From Candidatus Eiseniibacteriota bacterium (GTDB lineage Bacteria; Eisenbacteria; RBG-16-71-46; JABDJR01), in assembly GCA_963783375.1 (NCBI GenBank), contig CAWANH010000028.1:1280001-1344000 (forward strand): DNA of 64,000 bases, in the 5' to 3' direction. The notes under the pieces are model-generated. The model was not told the origin of the DNA and ran no database searches. It worked only from the letters and a program-made list of their open reading frames with translations. Positions 1-7,991 of this stretch are shown one piece after another (position 1 is the first letter of the stretch; every line of letters starts with the position of its first letter). The position numbers and the translations under genes are program-made.

Positions 1-92
1 GTGGAGGGGACCGAGGCCTCGACCGGAACCACCGCGAATCCGATGCTGGTGACGAGGAGGAAGGAGGCGACGAGAGAACGATGGCGACGCAT
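1..92 (-). CDS. N-terminus of a secreted protein, running off the left edge of the window
   Basis: Minus-strand ATG at 92 preceded by an AGAAAGGA RBS. Reads MRRHRSLVASFLLVTSIGFAVVPVEASVPS, a typical Sec signal peptide. Not in the ORF track because it is truncated. Confidence 0.65.
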   Translation of the reverse strand, partial: MRRHRSLVASFLLVTSIGFAVVPVEASVPS

Positions 93-305
93 GATGAGGG
101 TTTCCTTTCTTCGTGCGGACGGAAGAAAGGACGGGTCGACGGTTCCGCCATGCATGGAGGATGCCGGGCCGGTGCGACGCCCACAGGCGGGTGACCGGTC
201 CGGCCGGAGGCGCGCGGGTGACGAGGCCTCGTCGCCGGGCGCACGGAATCCGGCGAAGGCGCCGGCGCCGCCGGTTCGGCGGACGTCGCCTCGTCGTGAG
301 AACGG

Positions 306-400
306 CGGGGGATCGAGCTTGCCGCCGGGGGACCGGATCGGCGCGGCCGCCGGCTCGTCCTGAATGGGCCGGGGGATTGAGCTTGCCGCCGGGGGACCGG
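306..400 (+). repeat. 31-bp direct repeat, two copies 64 bp apart, in a divergent intergenic region
   Basis: CGGGGGAT(C/T)GAGCTTGCCGCCGGGGGACCGG at 306-336 and 370-400, 30 of 31 positions identical. Confidence 0.85.
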
Positions 401-417
401 TGGTGTCTGATAGCGAC

Positions 418-1467
418 ATGATTCGACGTGTGGTCATCCCCGACTTCGGGGACGTGGACGTGCTCGAGGTGCGAAGCGGTCCGCCCCCGGCGCTCGAACC
501 GGGAACGGTGCGGGTGCGGGTGGCCGCGGCCGGGGTGAACTTCGCCGACCTGGTGATGCGGATGGGGCTCTACCCCGAGGCGCCCCCGCGCCCCTTCGTC
601 CCCGGCTACGAGGTGTCGGGGGTACTGACCGAGGTCTCCGAGGAGGCGGCGCGGGCCCGGCCGGAGTTGAAGCCCGGGCTCCGGGTGATCGCGGGGACCC
701 GGTTCGGCGGCTACGCGGAGGAGATCGTGACCCCACCGGGGAAGGTGTTTCCGCTCCCCGCGGACTGGTCCTTCGAGGAGGGGGCGGCCTTCCCGGTGAC
801 CTACATCACCGCGTGGTTCGCCCTGGTGGCCATGGCCCGGGTCCGGGCGGGGGACTACGTGCTGGTGCACGGGATCACCGGCGGGGTGGGCTCGGCCGCG
901 CTCCAGATCGCCCGGGCGGCGGGGGCGCACGTGGCCGGCACCTGCGGCGGGCCGGAGAAGGCGCGGATCGCCGAGAGCTGGGGCGCGGAGCGCGGGATCG
1001 ACTACCGGAGCGAGCACGTGCCCGCGGTGGTTCGCGCCTGGGCCCCCGACGGCGTGGACATCGTGCTGGAGTCCCGCGGGGGGAAGGGGCTTCGCGAGAG
1101 CCTGGCGTTGCCCAAGCCGACCGGGCGGGTGGTCACCTACGGGGTGAGCGAGATGGCCTCGGGGCGGAAGCGGAACTGGTTCACCGCTGCCCGCGCCCTC
1201 TGGCCGTTCCTGTGGATGAACCCCCTCAAGCTCATCCAGCGGAACCACGGACTCTTCGGCCTGAACGTGCTCGCGATGTGGGGGGAGGACACGGTGATGG
1301 ACTCGGCGATCGCCGGCTTGCGGGCGGGGGCGGAGTCCGGCGCCTACCGCCCCGTGCTCGACCGCACGTTTGCGTTGGCCGAGGCCCCGGCGGCGCACCG
1401 ATATCTGCACGAGCGGCGGAACCTGGGGAAGGTCGTGCTCACGACCGGGGTGGAGATGCCGGGCTGA
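418..1467 (+). CDS. MDR-family NAD(P)H:quinone oxidoreductase (VAT-1/Qor-like)
   Basis: AAGVNFADL..RMGLYP, VPGYEVSG, VLVHGITGGVGSAA and a C-terminal GKVVL. ATG at 418 preferred over 364. Confidence 0.9.
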   Translation: MIRRVVIPDFGDVDVLEVRSGPPPALEPGTVRVRVAAAGVNFADLVMRMGLYPEAPPRPFVPGYEVSGVLTEVSEEAARARPELKPGLRVIAGTRFGGYAEEIVTPPGKVFPLPADWSFEEGAAFPVTYITAWFALVAMARVRAGDYVLVHGITGGVGSAALQIARAAGAHVAGTCGGPEKARIAESWGAERGIDYRSEHVPAVVRAWAPDGVDIVLESRGGKGLRESLALPKPTGRVVTYGVSEMASGRKRNWFTAARALWPFLWMNPLKLIQRNHGLFGLNVLAMWGEDTVMDSAIAGLRAGAESGAYRPVLDRTFALAEAPAAHRYLHERRNLGKVVLTTGVEMPG

Positions 1468-1519
1468 GTCGGGTGTCGCAGTTCTTCGCCTCGCCGGAGC
1501 GCCGCGGCCGATCCACCGT

Positions 1520-1563
1520 GCATCCCCGGGATGCCTCGGCGCGGCGTTCACCCGGGGGAACGC
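1520..1563. repeat. Two CCCGGG-centred palindromes related to the 37.4-37.8 kb repeat unit
   Basis: GCATCCCCGGGATGC (1520-1534) and GCGTTCACCCGGGGGAACGC (1544-1563) in the intergenic gap. Confidence 0.55.
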
Positions 1564-1626
1564 TGGCCCCGGGCGGAGGAAGGTGAGTCCCGGGCCATTC
1601 CTCACGGTCCGCAACGAGGAGGATCC

Positions 1627-2559
1627 ATGCAGCACCCCGAACGCAACACTCCAGGCAGCCGCATGGCGGCGCAGGATCTCCCCGGCGACCGCGCGCCGGG
1701 GCACGAATCCCCCGGCGACACCCTCGCGGTGATCGGCGCCGGCACCATGGGCCACGGGATCGCCCACGTGGCCGCCCGAGCCGGCTACGCCGTCCGGCTA
1801 TACGACGTGGCCGGGGACGCCCTGGCCAAGGGCCTGAAGGCCATCGACGCCGACCTCCAGAAGGGGGTCGACAAGGGCAAGGTCTCTCCGGAGTCGCGGG
1901 CCGCCGCCCTGCACTGCATCCGGGGGGAACGGGATCTCGCCCGCGCGATCGACGGCGCGGACATCGTGATCGAGGCCGCCCCCGAGGATCTCGCCCTCAA
2001 GCGGCGCATCTTCGCCGACGTCGCCGCCCACGCCGCGCCCGGCGCGCTCCTGGCCACCAATACCTCCTCGCTCCCGGTGGGGGAGATCGCCGCCTCGGTT
2101 CCTCACCCTGAACGCGTGGCCGGGATGCACTTCTTCAACCCCGTCCATCTCATGCCGCTCCTTGAGATCGTCAGGGCCGAGGCGACCTCGGAAGCGACGA
2201 TCGCCCGCGCCGTCGACGCCGGCGCGCGAATGGAAAAGGAGTGCATTGTGGTCCGCGATGTCCCCGGCTTCGCCACCAGCCGGCTGGGCGTGGTGCTGGG
2301 CCTGGAAGCAATGCGGATGCTGGAGAGCGGCGTGGCCTCGGCCCCCGACATCGACAAGGCCATGACCCTGGGTTATCGCCATCCCCTGGGGCCGCTCCGG
2401 CTCACCGACCTGGTGGGTCTCGACGTGCGCCTGGCCATCGCGGAGCACCTTCACCGGGCGCTGGGCTCGGAGGCGTTCCGCCCCCCCGAGATCCTACGGA
2501 GCATGGTGGCCGAGGGACGGCTCGGGAAGAAGAGCGGCCGCGGGTTCTACGAGTGGTGA
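1627..2559 (+). CDS. 3-hydroxyacyl-CoA (3-hydroxybutyryl-CoA) dehydrogenase
   Basis: VIGAGTMGHGIA Rossmann motif, ATNTSSL, GMHFFNPV, GRLGKKSGRGFY. GAGGAGG RBS before ATG 1627. Confidence 0.93.
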   Translation: MQHPERNTPGSRMAAQDLPGDRAPGHESPGDTLAVIGAGTMGHGIAHVAARAGYAVRLYDVAGDALAKGLKAIDADLQKGVDKGKVSPESRAAALHCIRGERDLARAIDGADIVIEAAPEDLALKRRIFADVAAHAAPGALLATNTSSLPVGEIAASVPHPERVAGMHFFNPVHLMPLLEIVRAEATSEATIARAVDAGARMEKECIVVRDVPGFATSRLGVVLGLEAMRMLESGVASAPDIDKAMTLGYRHPLGPLRLTDLVGLDVRLAIAEHLHRALGSEAFRPPEILRSMVAEGRLGKKSGRGFYEW

Positions 2560-2731
2560 GCGGAAGGCGTCCCGCCTCGGCACGGGGTGGGTGAGGGGGG
2601 GAGAAACGGGCGCGGCGATCGCGGTGAAAACGGGTGGCGCCGGGCGGCGCAAAGCCCCGCGCAACCCGACTTCCCCGGTTCTCAGCCCCATCCTCCCGGC
2701 GTATCATCGGCCGGAGGAGAATCGTCACCGC

Positions 2732-4042
2732 ATGCTCAAGAACTACATCCTCGACACCAACGTGCTGCTCCACGACCCGGGATCCCTGGTCTCGTTCCAG
2801 GACAACACGGTCATCGTCCCGATCTACGTGATCGAGGAGGTCGATCACTTCAAGAAGGAGGCCTCGGAGCTGGGGCGGAACGCCCGCGAGGTCTCGCGCA
2901 TCCTCGACCGGTATCGCGCGGAGGGGAACCTCGCCCAGGGAGTGGATCTCCCCACCGGCGGCCGCCTTCGGGTGGTGATCGATCACGATTACCCGCTCGA
3001 GGCGATGAACGGAAGCCCATCCAAGGTGGACCACGCGCTTCTCTCCCTGGCGCTCAAGATCCGGGGGGAACGGGAGGGGGAGCTGCCGGTGATCCTGGTG
3101 ACCAAGGACACCAACCTCCGGATCAAGGCGGACGCTCTCGGCATCAAGGCCGAGGACTACGAGACCGGCCGGGTGGACCTGAACGAGCTTTATCGCGGTG
3201 CGGTGGACCTGACCCTGTCGCGCGAACAGGTGGAGGCGCTCCGCGCGGGGGAAACCCTGCCCGCGCCTCCCGGGGACTTCTACCCCAACGAGTACGCCTT
3301 GGCCCTCTCCGGCGGCGAGCCGGTGGTCTCGGCCCTGGCCCGCATCTCGGCCGACCTCGCCGGGCTCCAGCCGCTACACCTCCCCGACCGGCCGGTCCTG
3401 GGGCTGAAGCCCAAGAACAAGGAGCAGCACTTCGCTCTGGACGCGCTGCTGGACCCCGAGGTGAAGCTGGTGACCCTGATGGGAAAGGCGGGAACGGGGA
3501 AGACCATCCTGGCCATCGCCGCCGGACTCCAGCAGGTGGAGGAGCAGGGGACCTACGCGAGGCTCCTGGTATCGCGGCCGATCTTCCCCATGGGACGCGA
3601 CATCGGCTATCTCCCCGGCGAGGTCGAGGAGAAACTCAACCCCTGGATGCAACCGATCTACGACAACCTCGAGTTCATCCTCGAACGCCAGCGGGGGCGC
3701 AAGGGGTTCACGATCGGGAAGCTCCTGGCCGGCGGCACCATCGGCATCGAACCCATCACCTACATACGGGGAAGGAGCATTCCCGGGCAGTTCCTGATCG
3801 TGGACGAGGCGCAGAACCTCACCCCGCTCGAGGTGAAGACCATCATCACCCGCGTGGGCGAGGGGACGAAGATCGTGCTCACCGGCGATCCCTACCAGAT
3901 CGACAACCCTTACGTGGACGCCTCCTCCAACGGATTCAACTACCTGGTGCAGAAGTTCCGCCCCGAAGCCCTGGCCGCACACGTGGAGCTGGTCAAGGGG
4001 GAACGAAGCCTGCTCGCGGAACGCGCGTCGGACCTTCTCTGA
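2732..4042 (+). CDS. PhoH-family ATPase with N-terminal PIN nuclease domain (PhoH2/YlaK type)
   Basis: YILDTNVLLHDP PIN start, LVTKDTNLRIKA, Walker A GKAGTGKT, GYLPG, RGRSI, IVDEAQN, LTGDPYQID. GGAGGAG RBS. Confidence 0.95.
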   Translation: MLKNYILDTNVLLHDPGSLVSFQDNTVIVPIYVIEEVDHFKKEASELGRNAREVSRILDRYRAEGNLAQGVDLPTGGRLRVVIDHDYPLEAMNGSPSKVDHALLSLALKIRGEREGELPVILVTKDTNLRIKADALGIKAEDYETGRVDLNELYRGAVDLTLSREQVEALRAGETLPAPPGDFYPNEYALALSGGEPVVSALARISADLAGLQPLHLPDRPVLGLKPKNKEQHFALDALLDPEVKLVTLMGKAGTGKTILAIAAGLQQVEEQGTYARLLVSRPIFPMGRDIGYLPGEVEEKLNPWMQPIYDNLEFILERQRGRKGFTIGKLLAGGTIGIEPITYIRGRSIPGQFLIVDEAQNLTPLEVKTIITRVGEGTKIVLTGDPYQIDNPYVDASSNGFNYLVQKFRPEALAAHVELVKGERSLLAERASDLL

Positions 4043-4386
4043 GTTTCCCCCGGCGATCCGTGACCACGCTGATCGCTCCACGGGATCTCGCCATCCGCTC
4101 CGGAATTTCCCCCGCGACCCGTGCCGATGGTGATCGCTCCGCAACGCTCCAACCCCCACGTTGAGACTCTCCCCCGCGTCCTGGATGCGAGGCGGGACAA
4201 GGACTTCCGGTGATCTTGCCGTCTCCCGGCGATTCGCGGGAGCGCCGGTCAGGCCGCCAACGGCCCGCCGGACTTCTCAACAGACCCCCCGGCGGTTTCG
4301 CAAATTTTCCGCCGGCCTCCGAACCGACAAGCGCGCATGATGTTGGCTACCATGGGTAGGCGCGCGGCGAAAACCGGGAGGCGGGT

Positions 4387-4427
4387 TTCTCCACGACCCT
4401 TCCACACTTTCCACAGCCTTATGCACA
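4387..4427 (+). promoter_or_regulatory. Tandem DnaA-box-like 9-mers
   Basis: TTCTCCACG (4387), CCTTCCACA (4398), CTTTCCACA (4407) and TTATGCACA (4419, exact match to TTWTNCACA), all in the same orientation. TTCTCAACA also occurs at 4274. Confidence 0.45.
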
Positions 4428-4572
4428 CGGGCCGATGGGAGAAAACTCCAAGACACCATGCGGCTTGCGCCGGACGCTTCAATCGGGGCGCGAGATTCCG
4501 GTGCGTTCCGCCCGCAGGCGCCGATTGTTGAGCGCGTTCGGAAGCCATAATGCGCGCATGGAGCGAAACTTT

Positions 4573-4601
4573 TTGACCTGGCTCCGGACCCGCGTTACCT
4601 T
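4573..4601 (+). promoter_or_regulatory. sigma70-type promoter for the large ncRNA candidate
   Basis: TTGACC (4573-4578), 17-bp spacer, TACCTT (4596-4601). The predicted start near 4607-4608 coincides with the first base of the terminal closing stem. Confidence 0.7.
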
Positions 4602-4606
4602 GGGTT

Positions 4607-5520
4607 CGAGGGTCGTGATCGACCTGTCCGGCACCGACACCCGGCTTTGCCGGGACAAGGTGCAAGAACCCCAGGAGGGGCGGCGATCTCTGCGGAGAAA
4701 GCCAAGGACCTCCGCGGTGAAGACTCCGAAGGGTGCGCCGAGGCAGGCGGCTTGTCCGCCGACCGGAGCGAAGCCCATGGGAGGAGGCGCTCGTGAAGAG
4801 CGAGGCCGCCGCGGGGGGAGATGAACCCCTGGAGGGGAAGAAGCCCAAGGGAGGCACGAGCCGTCACGGCGCTTCGGCGCCGGCACGGCCACGGACTTCC
4901 ACGGAGACCAAACCCCGGAAGGCGGGCGAGGACACTGCTGAATCGAGCGCAGCAGGTCCGCTTGAGCCAACGTCAGGCGGGGAGGACCGAACCGAGAGGT
5001 CCGGACCATGCCGTGGAAGGGGAACCCTTCGAAGGGCGGAATCCCAGGAGCGTACCGGTCTGAAACACGGTCGGAAGGTTGCGGGAGGAACAAGGCGTCA
5101 GGAGGGTGCGAAACCCTGGAGACGCAGCGTACCCGGGCGAGGTAAACCCGGGGAAGTCGCTTCCCGCCTCCGGAAACGCTGTAGGGAGACAAACCCTGGT
5201 GAGGCGTGTGTCGCCGAGAGGCGGTGCGCGGCCCGGTTCGGTCAAACTCCGAAGGAGAGCGGAAGTCCAGGAGAGGCTCGCGACAACTTTCTCACGATGA
5301 CCGTCGCGACGGCGGGCACCGGAAGGCCTTCGGCGGGGCGTTAAAGCGACCCAGGTCCGAAGGAAGCGCGGAACCGATGACCGCGCTACGGATGCCCGAG
5401 GCAACCTCTGAAGGATGCGTAACTCCACGGGAGGAGGCGTTGTCGGGGTGACCCGGCTTCGCAGTCGATCCGGCGAGAAGTCTCAGAAGGGGAAACGGAC
5501 AGGCGGCGGCCCTCGTTTTT
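4607..5520 (+). ncRNA. Candidate ~910-nt highly structured modular non-coding RNA, family not recognised
   Basis: No credible ORF. 5' CGAGGGTCG (4607-4615) and CCTGTCCG (4623-4630) pair with 3' CGGCCCTCG (5507-5515) and CGGACAGG (5496-5503), then TTTTT (5516-5520). About nine repeated internal-loop helices, plus C(UUCG)G and GNRA-capped hairpins. Confidence 0.8.
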
Positions 5521-5825
5521 CTTGTAGCCAGCCCTCCCAGGGGGTCCGAAACCTCGGATCTCCGGCGCGAGGAGCCGGAAGCCGCCGCCAAGGTGCGCCG
5601 CCGACTCTCCCACCGCGCGGCGGCGCCGAGCGCGTCGCTCTCCCGGGTGCCGATCCGTCCTCAGGCACCCGTCTATCCGGTCCCGCCCGGATTTGCCGTC
5701 CGCGCTCCTCGCCCAACCGGCTCGGGCAACCGCCTGCCTGCTCGGCAGGGTCCCGAAACGCCCGCCGAGTCGTCGGCCTTTCCCCTCGGATCACTCCGGT
5801 CACCCCCCCCGCGTCAACGATCCGT

Positions 5826-6374
5826 TCAGCCTTCCCACTCCGGCAGCTCGCCCTCGGGGATCGCCCGCAGAAGTGGGTTCCCCCGGTCGCGCCCCGAGAG
5901 GATCGGCGCGTCGATTCCCCAGGGAACGCCCAGGTCGGGATCGTTCCACGCCACCCCCAGCTCGTCGTCGCCGTCGTAGTAGTTGTCCACCACGTAGGCC
6001 AGGGTGCAGTCGGTGAGGGCCAGGAAACCGTGGGCCACCCCCACCGGCACGAACACCCCCATCGGCTCCTGCTCGTCGAGGTCGATCACCTCCCGGCCCC
6101 CGCGGGTGGGGGAGCCGCGCCGGATGTCCACCAGGGCGATCCGGATCCGGCCGGCCATCGGCACCCAGTAATCGATCTGCCGCCGATGGTAGTGCAGGCC
6201 GCGCAGCACGCCCTCCCGCGAGTCGGATCGGTTGCCCTGGACGGCCTCCCAGTTCCGCTCCGGAAACCACTCCCGGCGGAAGGTTTCCAGGAAACGCCCG
6301 CGCTCGTCGGAGAACGGTTTCAGGACCGCGAACTTGACCCCGCGTATGCGGCTCGACTCCCGGATCTCGATCAT
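5826..6374 (-). CDS. rfbC: dTDP-4-dehydrorhamnose 3,5-epimerase
   Basis: FSDERGRFLE, GVLRGLHYH, VDIRRGSPT, VPVGVAHGFLAL, WNDPDLGVPW. GGAGGA RBS before ATG 6374. Confidence 0.92.
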   Translation of the reverse strand: MIEIRESSRIRGVKFAVLKPFSDERGRFLETFRREWFPERNWEAVQGNRSDSREGVLRGLHYHRRQIDYWVPMAGRIRIALVDIRRGSPTRGGREVIDLDEQEPMGVFVPVGVAHGFLALTDCTLAYVVDNYYDGDDELGVAWNDPDLGVPWGIDAPILSGRDRGNPLLRAIPEGELPEWEG

Positions 6375-6636
6375 GGTTTCCTCCGGCGCCTCGGCGCCGC
6401 CCCCCGCGGCCGCGCCAAGCCCCGACGCCCGGCCGCGGCCCCTGCGCCTCGACCGCGCCAATCTCTGCGGCCGGGGGCCGCGCCGGCCACCGCGGCTCGA
6501 TCGTGTCCGCCGATCCCTGGTACTCTTCAGGAAGGCCGTCACCCCCGCGCTCGCCCGGCGCCCGGCGCCGACGGCCTAACTTTCACTTGAGCAAGCCGTT
6601 ATCATAACAAAGACCGAAACCGCGAGGAGGCGTTCG

Positions 6637-6957
6637 ATGGCACGTTGGGTCGAGGTGGGCAAGGATGGGGATCTCGCCCCGGGAGAATTCAAGCTCGTGG
6701 AGGCGGGGGACCTGGAGCTGGCGCTCTTCAACGTGGAGGGAAAGCTCTGCTGCATCGAGGACCTCTGCACCCACGACGGGGGAAACCTGGTGGAGGGGGA
6801 CCTCGAGGGCCGGGTCGTGACCTGTCCCCGGCACGGGGCCACCTTCGACGTCTGCACCGGCGAGGCGCTGAGCCTCCCCGCGGTGGCCCCCACCCCGGTC
6901 CACGGGGTCCGGGTGCGGGACGGGGTGGTCGAGATCGAGGTCGAGGACGAGAATTGA
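6637..6957 (+). CDS. Rieske-type [2Fe-2S] ferredoxin
   Basis: CTH ... CPRHGATFD Rieske ligands, 106 aa, GAGGAGG RBS. Confidence 0.92.
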   Translation: MARWVEVGKDGDLAPGEFKLVEAGDLELALFNVEGKLCCIEDLCTHDGGNLVEGDLEGRVVTCPRHGATFDVCTGEALSLPAVAPTPVHGVRVRDGVVEIEVEDEN

Positions 6958-6986
6958 CCCGGGGCATTTGATTTCGAGGGAACGTC

Positions 6987-7892
6987 ATGGCAAGCCGCAA
7001 GCAACGACAGATCGCCCTCCTCAAGGTCCTGGCCGCGGCGGCCTGGGCGGACGGACGGCTGGACAACGAGGAAGTGAACCGCATCAAGGAGCTCATGCTG
7101 GCCTACGAGCTGGAGCCCGAGGAGATGCACGGGGTGCAGGCGCTCCTCGAGGCCCCGGTCTCCTACGCGCGGTGCGAGGAGCTGACCCGGGAACTCCTGG
7201 GCATGGTGAGCTCCAAGGGGGAGCGGGAGGTGGTGCTGGAGGAGGTGGAACGGATCTTCCGCGCCGACGGCCGGGTGGACGCCGACGAACGCGAGGTCCT
7301 GGAGGGGCTCAGGGGCGTCATGGACGCCATGAACTCGGTGGACCATTTCATGGGCCGCATCACCGGGGTCTTCCGCCGGGTGTTCGCGGGACGCGAAGCC
7401 GGGTCCTCGCCGGGCGAGCTGAGCGAGTACCTCAAGAACACCGTGCTCCTGCGTCTCGACGACCTCTCCCACGGAGCCTGGCGGGAGGGATTCGACGCCG
7501 AGAGCCTGAACCGGTACACCCTGTTCGGGGCGGTTCTGGGCCGGGTGGCCGACGTGGAGGACGGGGTCTCGGACGAGGAGCTGGCCAAGGTCCGCGCCAT
7601 CCTGGCCGAGCGCTTCGGGATCGAGCCGCCGCTCCTCGACTGGATCGCTCAGGCGGTGCGGGAGGCCGCGTCGGCCCGGATGGACCGCCAGGCGCTCCTG
7701 AGCGAGTACAACCGGATCGCCGACATGACCCAGCGGAAAGAGCTCCTGGACGCCGCCTTCGCGGTGGCCGCCGCCGACGGAACCGTCGGGAAGGCCGAGC
7801 TGGAGGAGCTCCGGCTCATCTCGAACTTCCTCTGGATCGATCGGCGCGACTTCGCCGACATCCGGCGGCCCTGGATGCGGTACGAGGGCTGA
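6987..7892 (+). CDS. TerB-family protein with repeated TerB-like domains
   Basis: Four (A/V)DGx(L/V)xxxE motifs: WADGRLDNEE, ADGRVDADE, EDGVSDEE, ADGTVGKAE. Confidence 0.8.
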   Translation: MASRKQRQIALLKVLAAAAWADGRLDNEEVNRIKELMLAYELEPEEMHGVQALLEAPVSYARCEELTRELLGMVSSKGEREVVLEEVERIFRADGRVDADEREVLEGLRGVMDAMNSVDHFMGRITGVFRRVFAGREAGSSPGELSEYLKNTVLLRLDDLSHGAWREGFDAESLNRYTLFGAVLGRVADVEDGVSDEELAKVRAILAERFGIEPPLLDWIAQAVREAASARMDRQALLSEYNRIADMTQRKELLDAAFAVAAADGTVGKAELEELRLISNFLWIDRRDFADIRRPWMRYEG

Positions 7893-7991
7893 TCGGGAAG
7901 GGGGGCGCCGCGGCCTCGGCGACCCCCATCGCGGTGCGGGCAGGCGCCGAGGCCCCGGTGACCGGCCCCGCGGAACGCGGGGCCCGGCCCC

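Noticed and set aside
5141-5460. RNase P RNA-like fragments (GGTAAACCC at 5141, GAAGTCC at 5262, ACCCGGCTT at 5451)
   Set aside because: The order and spacing are wrong for RNase P, the P4-like pairing has a mismatch, the GAGGAAAGUCC and ACAGAA contexts are missing, and the transcript would be over twice the usual size.
4607-5520. Group I/II intron, IS element or rRNA fragment as the explanation for the structured region
   Set aside because: No interrupted host gene, no reverse transcriptase, endonuclease or transposase ORF, no recognisable domain V or rRNA universal sequences. It has its own promoter, and the paired ends use G-U pairs and bulges, unlike DNA terminal inverted repeats.
4249-5613. 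Several 60-240 aa ORFs on both strands in the ncRNA region (for example 4733-5344, 4479-5192, 4249-4857)
   Set aside because: Arg/Pro/Gly/Ser-rich translations with no family motifs, no convincing RBS and no GC3 codon pattern. They are better explained as chance ORFs in GC-rich structured DNA.
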